NCBI GenBank assembly: GCA_023266875.1
Contig: JAHFOJ010000004.1
Coordinates: forward strand, 1 to 60,484
Length of the DNA stretch: 60,484 bases
Direction of reading: 5' to 3'
From: Candidatus Giovannonibacteria bacterium
GTDB lineage: Bacteria > Patescibacteriota > Minisyncoccia > JACPKW01 > UBA11713
Shown here: positions 18,867 through 26,588 of the stretch, piece after piece
Layout of the letters: each line of letters begins with the position of its first letter
Numbering within the stretch: position 1 is the first letter of the stretch
Made by a program: the position numbers and the translations under genes
The notes under the pieces: model-generated
Database searches by the model: none
What the model was told of the DNA's origin: nothing
Seen by the model: only the letters and a program-made list of their open reading frames with translations

Positions 18867-20210
18867 ATGAAATCTAGGGTGATAGATAATCCAAACCCAA
18901 ATGCAACCCTCGGTTTTGTATTGTTTTATCCCTTTCATTTCTATGTTTATAAAAATGTTTATAAGAATATAAAATATAAATCAGAATTCATAGTTGATTT
19001 GGGACGTTTTTATCCGTTTGCTGATCAGCAAGTGAATCTGCTCACTAATATTATTAAATTGCTTAACAAGCATGAGGCGAATTACAGGATTATCTACTAT
19101 GAAGACTATACAAAAGAAGATTATTTAAAGATGTTTTTTTCAAAGTATTATGGGCTCGTTTCGCTTATGGAGCGCGGTTGTTTGTTGCTCTCATGTAATA
19201 GAAACAAAAGGAAAATACATATGAATTATGGGGCTGGTAAAGAGTTGACGATGTTAAGACCTAGTATGCGCTTTTATGATTTAGCTTTGGCTTACGGCAA
19301 ACGAGCTCATAAACATCTTTCTTTATACACGTATTGTAAGATCGTGGGTAATCCGAAATTTGATGATTGGTTTGCAAACGAGCTGGATAAAGAATTATCA
19401 GCTGATCTGACTTCAAAAATTGAGAGTAACAAAAAAACACTTCTTTACTTACCTACTCACGGCGACCTTACATCGATGGACGCTTTAGCGCTGCCGTTGC
19501 AGCACCTTTCTAAAATTTATAATGTTGTTGTTAAATTGCATTATTATAATGTTTACGAAGAACGTGAGCGGGTTAGCAAGTTTGAGGGTAATAATATAAT
19601 TTTATATGATGATTCAGCTGATTTGTTGCCTCTTTTAAAAATTGCTGACGTCGTTATTTGTGATAATTCAAGCGCTATATTTGATGCGATATTAGCTGAT
19701 AAGCCAGTTGTCGTGGCAGATTTACTCTCTCAAGACTACATAGATTTTGAACATAAGAAACCCGCGGCACTTCGAGGGCGCATATCTACCGCATTGACTT
19801 ACTCCGGGAGCATAGAACAATTGATCAAAAAGAATAAATTGGTGGTTACCGTTTCATCGCCATCGCAGCTTGCGGATGCAATAAAAATAGCTCTAGATGA
19901 CAAGGCGTTTTTTAAGGATGCGCGGGAAACACTAAGAAAAGAACTTTTTGCATTCAGAGATAAATATTGTGGCAAACGCGCAGCTTCGTCCATTGAGGAA
20001 TTAATGATTATGAAAAAAATGCGTCAAAAAACACCCCTCGCCCAGGCTCTTGACGCCGCCGAACAATTGCAAAAAAACAATTCGCAACACTTTATGCCAA
20101 TGTCGCAATGGCTACGAAGCGAAAACATTAAAATAAATAAAAAGATATATCTATTTGTTTTGAAAGTTCTCGAAGAAATATTTAATCGGAAGTTGTACAT
20201 AAAAAATTGA
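18867..20210 (+). CDS. CDP-glycerol/CDP-ribitol polyol-phosphate transferase (TagB/TagF/TarL family)
   Basis: C-terminal half resembles TagF-type catalytic domains (LLYLPTH...; VICDNSSAIFDAILADKPVV). Lies in an operon with the cytidylyltransferase. Confidence 0.7.
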   Translation: MKSRVIDNPNPNATLGFVLFYPFHFYVYKNVYKNIKYKSEFIVDLGRFYPFADQQVNLLTNIIKLLNKHEANYRIIYYEDYTKEDYLKMFFSKYYGLVSLMERGCLLLSCNRNKRKIHMNYGAGKELTMLRPSMRFYDLALAYGKRAHKHLSLYTYCKIVGNPKFDDWFANELDKELSADLTSKIESNKKTLLYLPTHGDLTSMDALALPLQHLSKIYNVVVKLHYYNVYEERERVSKFEGNNIILYDDSADLLPLLKIADVVICDNSSAIFDAILADKPVVVADLLSQDYIDFEHKKPAALRGRISTALTYSGSIEQLIKKNKLVVTVSSPSQLADAIKIALDDKAFFKDARETLRKELFAFRDKYCGKRAASSIEELMIMKKMRQKTPLAQALDAAEQLQKNNSQHFMPMSQWLRSENIKINKKIYLFVLKVLEEIFNRKLYIKN

Positions 20211-20253
20211 GCATTCGTCAGCTCTTTTTCCGACGCGCTTTCTATTTTGTTTT

Positions 20254-21396
20254 ATGATATATAACGAATCATTGACGAAATTTTTTTGTTTGATAAGCTT
20301 AATAAAAATGACTAATCAATTATTTCAGCCGAAAAGTCTTGTTTTGCAGTGGCATATAACCGAACGATGCAATTGGCGGTGCAAACATTGCTACCAAACT
20401 TCGTATACGACGCCGGAGATGGATTTGAAAATGATGGAAAATATATTGGCGCAATACGTCGGACTATTAAAAAAATGGAATATCCCGCGCCGGCATGCCA
20501 GAATTCAGATTACAGGAGGCGAACCTTTTGTGCGCCGCGACATTTTTCAATTTTTGGAGAAAGTTTATAAGTTATCCGACCATTTCCAATGGACACTTTT
20601 GTCTAACGGCTCTTTTTTGACAGAAGACAAGGTCAAACTGCTTAAATTATTCGGCATCCAATCATATCAGGTGAGCATGGAAGGATTGGAGAAGACTAAT
20701 GATGAGATCAGAGGAGAAGGCAGTTTCAAAAAAATTCTAAAAGCAATAGAACTTCTTGTTTGGGCGAAAATACCATCAAGGGTTTCCTTAACCTTAACCC
20801 GGAAAAACCTTCCGGAGATTAAAGGGTTGGCCGATCTTTTGGCTCCCTTGGGGGTGCGTGGCTTGGGAGTGAGAAGAATAGTTCCGTGGGGATCGGGAGC
20901 GGCTATGAAAGAATATGTTCTTGAGCCGCAGGAGCTGAGGGGGCTTTACCGAGAGATAGAAGAAATCAACCGAACCATGATCGCGAACGGGCACTCTTTA
21001 AAAGTAACCGGAGGGTGCGAAAACGGTATTTTTAATGATGAGATTTCTGGGGAAGGGCTGATGTCGCACGGAGTTTGCGGGGTGACCTACGGCAGAATAT
21101 TGATAGTATTGCCGAACGGAGATACATTGGCTTGTCGGAGACTGCCGATTATTCTTGGCAATCTTCACGAAAAATCGATGGAAGAAATTTATTATTCTCC
21201 GCTTTACGAAAGCTGGCGCCAAAAAGAAGATGTCCCTTCTGTCTGCCAAGCATGCCCAAGTTATCAGCATTGTTTCGGCGGAGCAAAATGCGTAACTTAC
21301 GGGATGACCGGCAAAACCGCTCCCGATGTCCAATGCTGGAAATTATTTAACAGCCTAGAAGAAGCCGCTCACAGAATTAAAAATGAATCCCGTTAG
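20254..21396 (+). CDS. Radical SAM enzyme with C-terminal SPASM domain (peptide-maturase-like)
   Basis: CNWRCKHC (CxxxCxxC) near the N-terminus. C-terminal CX14GX4C ... CQACPSYQHCFGGAKC ... C, a seven-Cys SPASM-type pattern. Alternative start ATG 20308. Confidence 0.85.
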   Translation: MIYNESLTKFFCLISLIKMTNQLFQPKSLVLQWHITERCNWRCKHCYQTSYTTPEMDLKMMENILAQYVGLLKKWNIPRRHARIQITGGEPFVRRDIFQFLEKVYKLSDHFQWTLLSNGSFLTEDKVKLLKLFGIQSYQVSMEGLEKTNDEIRGEGSFKKILKAIELLVWAKIPSRVSLTLTRKNLPEIKGLADLLAPLGVRGLGVRRIVPWGSGAAMKEYVLEPQELRGLYREIEEINRTMIANGHSLKVTGGCENGIFNDEISGEGLMSHGVCGVTYGRILIVLPNGDTLACRRLPIILGNLHEKSMEEIYYSPLYESWRQKEDVPSVCQACPSYQHCFGGAKCVTYGMTGKTAPDVQCWKLFNSLEEAAHRIKNESR

Positions 21397-21505
21397 AGGC
21401 CGCGATCGCCTGTAAACGCATTTATTATTAATAATAAAAAGATGATTAACTTTATAAATAACACATGCAAATTGCGGCTATATCGCGATCTGCCTCTAAC
21501 GGGAT
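21387..21505. repeat. Inverted-repeat element, copy 2 (ATCCCGTTAGAGGC ... GCCTCTAACGGGAT)
   Basis: Perfect 14-bp arms (21387-21400 / 21492-21505) with further imperfect GATCGC pairing and an AT-rich interior. The left arm contains the radical SAM stop codon. The right arm contains ATG 21504. Confidence 0.7.
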
Positions 21506-22718
21506 GAAAGTTTTATTTCTAACTAAATATCCGCCAATAGAAGGCGGCGTTTCCGCGCAGAATTATTGGCTGGCAAGGGCGTTGGGAGAAAAGGATGTTC
21601 AAATTTCCGTCGTGACGAACGCTTTGTTGGTGGAAGATGCTTACCGTGAAAATATAAATTGGCTGGATGGCGAAGTTTCAAGCAAATTTCAGCCCAAAAA
21701 TGTTTTTTTGTATTCTTTAAAAAATCAAACACCAACGCATATACCTTATTCTCCGGCGTATCTTTCTCGCCTGGTGAATTTGGGCCTAAAAGCGATAGCC
21801 GAACGAGGCGCGGATGCCGTATACGCTCATTATTTGGAGCCCTACGCCTCCGCGGGATTTATTTTAAAAAAAATAACCGGCCTTCCTTTGGTTATCAAGC
21901 ACGCAGGGTCTGATATTTGGAGGCTTTTGCGCAGTGAAGATTTTAAATATTTTTTAGGATGGGTTATAAAGTCCGCGGATGCACTGTTAACTTCAGAATC
22001 GCTTTCTCCCATGTTTAAGGAATTGGGGGTGCCGCAAAAAAAAATTAAATATATCCGGCGCGCCGTAAACCCAGCTCAATTTGCTTCAAAGGGCGCTCGT
22101 TTTGATTTTTCAAAAGCGGGCTTTGCGATCCCTCCCAATGTTCCGCTTTTGACTTACATCGGCAAGGCCAATTTAAACAAAGGGCTTTTTGAATTAATCG
22201 AGGCTCTATCCGGGATGAGTTCAGATTTCAGATTTTTATTTGTTTCTAACGGGCCGAAATTTGAAGAACTCAAGGCCAGAATAAATTCACATTCTAACAT
22301 TAAAGATAAGTTTGTTTATTTGGGGTTTGTGCCTCCATGGGAAATTCCCAATATCTTGCGCGCGACTGATTTTTTGTTCCAACTGGAAAACGATTTCCCC
22401 GTTCCAATTCACGGGCCGGTTCAGCCGTCTGAAGCAATCGCTTGCGGCACCCCCGTGATTTTAAGCGAGGAAATATTTTCCAAACTTAGGCCTCATTTTC
22501 CGAGCACGAGCGGCAAATTCATCGTGGTTAAGGACCCAAGAGATCCGCAAGCGCTTCGGGAAGTTTTGAAAAAAAGCTTAAATGCGATCGAGGCGGCGAA
22601 AAGTGATGCGGGCGAGATAAGAGAGGAGTTTTTGTCACGCAATCATTGGGATCAATATGTTTCAGATTATATCGAACTTTTCGATTCTGTTGCCGGACGG
22701 CGGTTCAATATTTTTTGA
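21465..22718 (+). CDS. Glycosyltransferase family 4-like
   Basis: MKVLFLTKYPPIEGGVS N-terminus typical of GT4 (probable true start ATG 21504). GT-B C-terminal domain with an E..AcG.PVI-like segment. Confidence 0.8.
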   Translation: MQIAAISRSASNGMKVLFLTKYPPIEGGVSAQNYWLARALGEKDVQISVVTNALLVEDAYRENINWLDGEVSSKFQPKNVFLYSLKNQTPTHIPYSPAYLSRLVNLGLKAIAERGADAVYAHYLEPYASAGFILKKITGLPLVIKHAGSDIWRLLRSEDFKYFLGWVIKSADALLTSESLSPMFKELGVPQKKIKYIRRAVNPAQFASKGARFDFSKAGFAIPPNVPLLTYIGKANLNKGLFELIEALSGMSSDFRFLFVSNGPKFEELKARINSHSNIKDKFVYLGFVPPWEIPNILRATDFLFQLENDFPVPIHGPVQPSEAIACGTPVILSEEIFSKLRPHFPSTSGKFIVVKDPRDPQALREVLKKSLNAIEAAKSDAGEIREEFLSRNHWDQYVSDYIELFDSVAGRRFNIF

Positions 22719-23545
22719 GCCCTTTCGATATCTGTCATTATCATTTCTTCAAAATTTTCTTTGAAATTATCATCGCGCTCTATAATAACGGTTTTAATAT
22801 CGCATTTTCCGGCAACATACTCAAGCAGCTGCCAAATTCCTTCGTTAATCCCATTTAATTCCTCCGAATGAGTATCATAAAACATATTATTATGCCGGTG
22901 GATTCTGCCTCCGGCGAGATGAATTTGCACGACATTTTCCAGCGGGAACCTTTCAAGCAAACGCAATGGATTTTCTTTGCGATTATGCGAATTAATATGT
23001 ATATTCGCCAAATCAAGTAAAAGGCCGCATCCGGTTCGTCTGCAAACCTCTTTAATAAATTCCGGTTCCTCGAAATCTCCCCCGGGTATTGTAAAAAATG
23101 AAGTGATATTTTCAAGCACCAATGGAAGTCTTAAAAAATTTTGCGCTTTATTTATTTTACTCACTACGATATCAAGAGTTTCTTTGGTAAACCAAAGAGG
23201 CGAGAGATGGCCAATGCTAACGCCGTCAACCTCAGTCAGGGCAAAATGGTCGCTATAATACGGCGCTTTGATGTAATGGCAAAAGCCCTCTATTTTTTTA
23301 AGATAATCAAAATTAATATTTTCGGCGGCGCCAATTGAAAGGTTGAGTCCGTGCGGGATTAGCGGAAGTGAATCGCCGATTTTTTTCAAAAGTTTGTTTT
23401 CGATTAAATTCGTGTTGATATAATGCTCTGAAGTAACTTCAAGCACATCGATTTCGTTTTTACGCTCCACAATTTCATCAACCAACTCCGCTCGCAAGCC
23501 AAGCCCGACCCCGAAGAAGGGAATTTTTTTAAGCTCGTAATTCAT
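22667..23545 (-). CDS. DUF692 / MbnB-TglH-like multinuclear non-heme iron oxidase (MNIO) family protein
   Basis: TIM-barrel DUF692 pattern: GVGLGLR, EVTSEHY, HGLNLSIG, YSDHFA and LVLENITSF. ATG 23545 overlaps the partner stop as ATGA. The ORF track offers a TTG at 23569. Confidence 0.8.
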   Translation of the reverse strand: MNYELKKIPFFGVGLGLRAELVDEIVERKNEIDVLEVTSEHYINTNLIENKLLKKIGDSLPLIPHGLNLSIGAAENINFDYLKKIEGFCHYIKAPYYSDHFALTEVDGVSIGHLSPLWFTKETLDIVVSKINKAQNFLRLPLVLENITSFFTIPGGDFEEPEFIKEVCRRTGCGLLLDLANIHINSHNRKENPLRLLERFPLENVVQIHLAGGRIHRHNNMFYDTHSEELNGINEGIWQLLEYVAGKCDIKTVIIERDDNFKENFEEMIMTDIERAQKILNRRPATESKSSI

Positions 23546-24021
23546 AATATTTTTAAATTCTTTTCCCAAAGTGTTTCTTTATTGATAAGCAAAGAAATGT
23601 TAAGAAAATCTGAAATGCCGGCGTTTTGGGCGGCAAGATAGCTTTTGAATAAATCGCTTAACATAAAGCCTTTGTCCGGAAGAGTTTTTAAGATGTTAAA
23701 AGCTCCGGTGCCGATTTCAACTTTTTTTATTTCGTCCTGATTTTTAAAAAATAACATTGGCCCGTTTATGTAGGCGGATGACGCCGCGACAATGTTTGGA
23801 TTTTTAGCTAATATTTTTTTTATCATCTTGTTTTTCTTATTGATCAGCGATTCCGCGAAAAGTTTCAGCGGCGTTTTAGGAAGGGCTGAAATCGCCTTTT
23901 TTTCGCGATCGTCCAAATTATATTTCTTATAAAAGACCTCTTTGTCGGATAAAAAGTCTGTGCGAGTTGATTTGTCTGTATAAATATCAACTAGCGCTTT
24001 TTGAAAATTTATTAAAGCCAT
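23542..24021 (-). CDS. Hypothetical protein, candidate MNIO partner (position and size analogous to MbnC/TglI/DUF2063-type partners)
   Basis: Translationally coupled to the DUF692 gene (ATGA). Start ATG 24021 lies 6 nt after a TATAAT. The function rests on genomic context only. Confidence 0.55.
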   Translation of the reverse strand: MALINFQKALVDIYTDKSTRTDFLSDKEVFYKKYNLDDREKKAISALPKTPLKLFAESLINKKNKMIKKILAKNPNIVAASSAYINGPMLFFKNQDEIKKVEIGTGAFNILKTLPDKGFMLSDLFKSYLAAQNAGISDFLNISLLINKETLWEKNLKIL

Positions 24022-24027
24022 TAGGAA

Positions 24028-24033
24028 ATTATA
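24028..24033 (-). promoter_or_regulatory. -10 box TATAAT (minus strand) 6 nt upstream of ATG 24021
   Basis: The minus strand reads TGTT-TATAAT-TTCCTA-ATG. Confidence 0.45.
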
Positions 24034-24082
24034 AACATTCAATGTCTTGCAAGCAAGAAGTAGAAACCGTAGTATTAGTAGT

Positions 24083-24376
24083 ATGAGGGGCAAGGCAGAA
24101 AAGCTGAATAGCATAAGAAAGACGCTGTTTAGGGCTGTCTCCGGTTTACTGGTGGTGGCGGCCGTATCAATATTGAGATTTGTTTATTCGGTTGGCGCGG
24201 GCGATTACCAAAACAAAGTTAGCCGGCACAATAATGCCGTAGATAAGGCCTTGAGCATTAATATCGCTAGCGCCGATGTGCCTGCCCCCGAAAGTTGCGG
24301 TGGCGGCTGTATGGCTTCTTGCGCAGGACCTAGTTGCGCTTCTTGTTCGGGCTGTAATAGTTGCGGTGGCTATTGA
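24083..24376 (+). CDS. Putative RiPP precursor: Sec-signal-like N-terminus plus a Cys-rich C-terminal core
   Basis: 98 aa from the only upstream ATG. It has a basic n-region (MRGKAEKLNSIRK), a hydrophobic h-region (LFRAVSGLLVVAAVSIL) and a C-terminus SCGGGCMASCAGPSCASCSGCNSCGGY with 7 Cys. It is divergent from the MNIO operon. Confidence 0.55.
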   Translation: MRGKAEKLNSIRKTLFRAVSGLLVVAAVSILRFVYSVGAGDYQNKVSRHNNAVDKALSINIASADVPAPESCGGGCMASCAGPSCASCSGCNSCGGY

Positions 24377-24415
24377 GCAATAAATTAAAAAAAGAGTTTG
24401 GCAACTTTATCATAA

Positions 24416-25519
24416 ATGGAGCATAATAAAAAAATACTTATTTTAGTGGTTTCCATCTTGCTTCTTGGAGCGGGTTTTTATTTTTGGCAGGCGCGCGCTC
24501 CAAAGCCGCCGGCTTATCTAGAAAATCTAAATACCGCTCGGCAACTTTTTAAAGAAGGCGATACCGATCAGTCACTTGATTACGCTAATAAAGCATTATT
24601 GGAAGCGGGATCAAATAAACAAGCTGAAGCTGTCACAAAGTTGCTAATAGCGCTTATTTACTTAAGAAAAACTGACTTGGCTGGCCAAACCAAAGCTATT
24701 CAATTAATGAAAGAAATTGCCGGGAATGCGGCGTATCCTAATTTTGAACGCGCTTTAGCTCTGCAATATATCGCCGATACCTGGGTATGGCAAAATCGCT
24801 CTCAAGAATTCGTTAATGTAATTTTTAGCGATGAACCATACGCGTCTTTTTTGTCTAAATCTACAGTCACAAGCGGTATTCGCAAGATATATGAGTATTC
24901 GATATCGCTTTATCCTTTGCCTGTCGCGGAATACAGCGTTGCCAAATGGAACAGTAATGTTCTTTGGAATGCCATAAACGCTCCAAAGGGAACTTTCAAG
25001 CTAGCCTTGCCTGAAAAAAATTATATAGACGCCGCCGAAGAACATCTCAAAAAAGGAGACGACGCATTGCCGCGTTTTATGTCGCTCAAAAAAAATAACG
25101 GAGCGGAAGTCAGCCGTTCCTATTTGCTTAAAGGCATAGCGCTAGGGCAATTGGCGGAGCTTGAAAAAAAACCTGAATATAATGCCATGGCAGAGGATGC
25201 ATTTAAAAAATCGCAAGATATTTTAAACCAAAGTTCTAATGAGCACTTTTCTCCCATAATCAGGCCATGGCTTAATTTTTATTACGCTGTTTTTCTGGAG
25301 AGAGCATACGGAAAGCAAAGGATTGCGGATATCAATAATCTTTTGACATATATGATAGCAAAAGTTTCGGAAACGAATAATATTATTGCGAAATTCATAG
25401 CACGCTGGGACGATAGCCAGCAAAGATTAGGTACTTACGAGGGCCAAGGCGCTTCGGCGTTGGCCAAAATCAATCCGGCTTTTAAAGAATTATTAAGAAG
25501 CCTGGGCTGGAAGATCTAA
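24416..25519 (+). CDS. Hypothetical membrane-anchored helical-repeat (TPR-like) protein
   Basis: N-terminal TM helix, followed by alpha-helical repeat-like sequence. Confidence 0.6.
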   Translation: MEHNKKILILVVSILLLGAGFYFWQARAPKPPAYLENLNTARQLFKEGDTDQSLDYANKALLEAGSNKQAEAVTKLLIALIYLRKTDLAGQTKAIQLMKEIAGNAAYPNFERALALQYIADTWVWQNRSQEFVNVIFSDEPYASFLSKSTVTSGIRKIYEYSISLYPLPVAEYSVAKWNSNVLWNAINAPKGTFKLALPEKNYIDAAEEHLKKGDDALPRFMSLKKNNGAEVSRSYLLKGIALGQLAELEKKPEYNAMAEDAFKKSQDILNQSSNEHFSPIIRPWLNFYYAVFLERAYGKQRIADINNLLTYMIAKVSETNNIIAKFIARWDDSQQRLGTYEGQGASALAKINPAFKELLRSLGWKI

Positions 25520-25659
25520 TATGAATAACTGGCACATCTGGGGTTCAGTAATAGAAATAATATTTTTCCCTTTTTTAATTTCCAGAAATATGCCCACAAA
25601 AATCATCTGACAAAAGCATAAAAACGCCTCATATTGTTCTGGCGCTTGCGTAAAAAATA

Positions 25660-25668
25660 TGCTATAAT
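25660..25668 (+). promoter_or_regulatory. Extended -10 TGCTATAAT, 6 nt before ATG 25675
   Basis: TGCTATAAT-TAATTA-ATG. Confidence 0.5.
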
Positions 25669-25674
25669 TAATTA

Positions 25675-25938
25675 ATGAAAACCAATGAAAGAGGCAAAAA
25701 TAACCAAATTAAATTCCGGCAGTCGCTTTTTTGGGATGTGGACCCCAAGACAATTGATCCAAAAAAGAACGCGCCATATGTGATAGAACGAATACTGGAT
25801 TTCGGTAAAGATAATGAAGTAAAGTGGTTATGGAATAAATATCAAAGAAGAACGATTCACAATGTTGTTAAAAAACGACGCGGCTTAAACAAACGAACCC
25901 GTGCTTTATGGATGCTCCTTACCGCTCCAGAGAAATAG
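25675..25938 (+). CDS. Small conserved-looking protein, putative antitoxin partner of the AbiEii-like gene
   Basis: 87 aa. Overlaps the downstream nucleotidyltransferase gene by 31 nt. The function is inferred from the pairing only. Confidence 0.5.
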   Translation: MKTNERGKNNQIKFRQSLFWDVDPKTIDPKKNAPYVIERILDFGKDNEVKWLWNKYQRRTIHNVVKKRRGLNKRTRALWMLLTAPEK

Positions 25939-26585
25939 TCTGGCGCACAGATATTTTGCCGGAAAATGCCCAGAGGGCGCTTAATTACTTGAGCGGTCAG
26001 AAATGGCTTAAGCACAGTTCTTGGTATATGGCCGGCGGTACCGCGCTCGCGCTTCAGATTGGGCACCGAACTTCCCAGGACTTGGATTTTTTTAATCCTA
26101 GGAAGTTTTCTTCTCAAATATTGATTAAGAAGTTTTCCTCCGTGGATTGGAAAACGACGATTTTTCAAGAGGGAACAATTTACGGCGGACTATTAGGTAC
26201 GAAAGTCAGCTTTATATTCTATCCTTTTTTTCTTCCAAAAGAACAGCAGCTTTTTTATGGCTCGGTTCGCGTTTTGCATGAGCGGGATATCGCGGTTATG
26301 AAAATTTTAGCAATAAGTCAGCGCGGAACCAAAAGAGATTTTGTCGATCTTTATTGGTATTGCCAAAACCGCGAACCCCTGCTTCAAATCGCGCAAAGAC
26401 TTGAGGCGCAGTATCCGAACACAAAGCATAACTATCACCATATTATTAAAAGCATGGCTTATTTCGAGGACGCGGAAGCTGATCCAATGCCTCGGATATT
26501 TTTTAAGGCGTCGTGGCCCGACATAAAAAAGTTTTTCGAGCGGGAAGTCCCGCGCGTTACCCGCGAATTTTTAGGATTGCGCTGA
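25908..26585 (+). CDS. AbiEii/AbiGii-family nucleotidyltransferase toxin (type IV TA)
   Basis: YMAGGTALALQIGHRTSQDLDFF motif characteristic of the AbiEii (DUF1814) family. Confidence 0.7.
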   Translation: MDAPYRSREIVWRTDILPENAQRALNYLSGQKWLKHSSWYMAGGTALALQIGHRTSQDLDFFNPRKFSSQILIKKFSSVDWKTTIFQEGTIYGGLLGTKVSFIFYPFFLPKEQQLFYGSVRVLHERDIAVMKILAISQRGTKRDFVDLYWYCQNREPLLQIAQRLEAQYPNTKHNYHHIIKSMAYFEDAEADPMPRIFFKASWPDIKKFFEREVPRVTREFLGLR

Positions 26586-26588
26586 ATC

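Noticed and set aside
20254-21396. The radical SAM/SPASM protein as an anaerobic sulfatase-maturating enzyme for the sulfatase-fold gene at 16028-17338.
   Set aside because: The sulfatase-fold protein has Thr, not Cys/Ser, at the would-be formylglycine position and lacks the Arg of the CxPxR motif. Three unrelated genes also separate the two. Proximity to the DUF692 pair and the Cys-rich ORF is a better explanation.
21401-21410. GCGATCGC octamer (cyanobacterial HIP1-like palindrome) next to the inverted-repeat arm.
   Set aside because: It is a single local occurrence that simply forms part of the extended imperfect arm pairing. There is no evidence of over-representation in the window.
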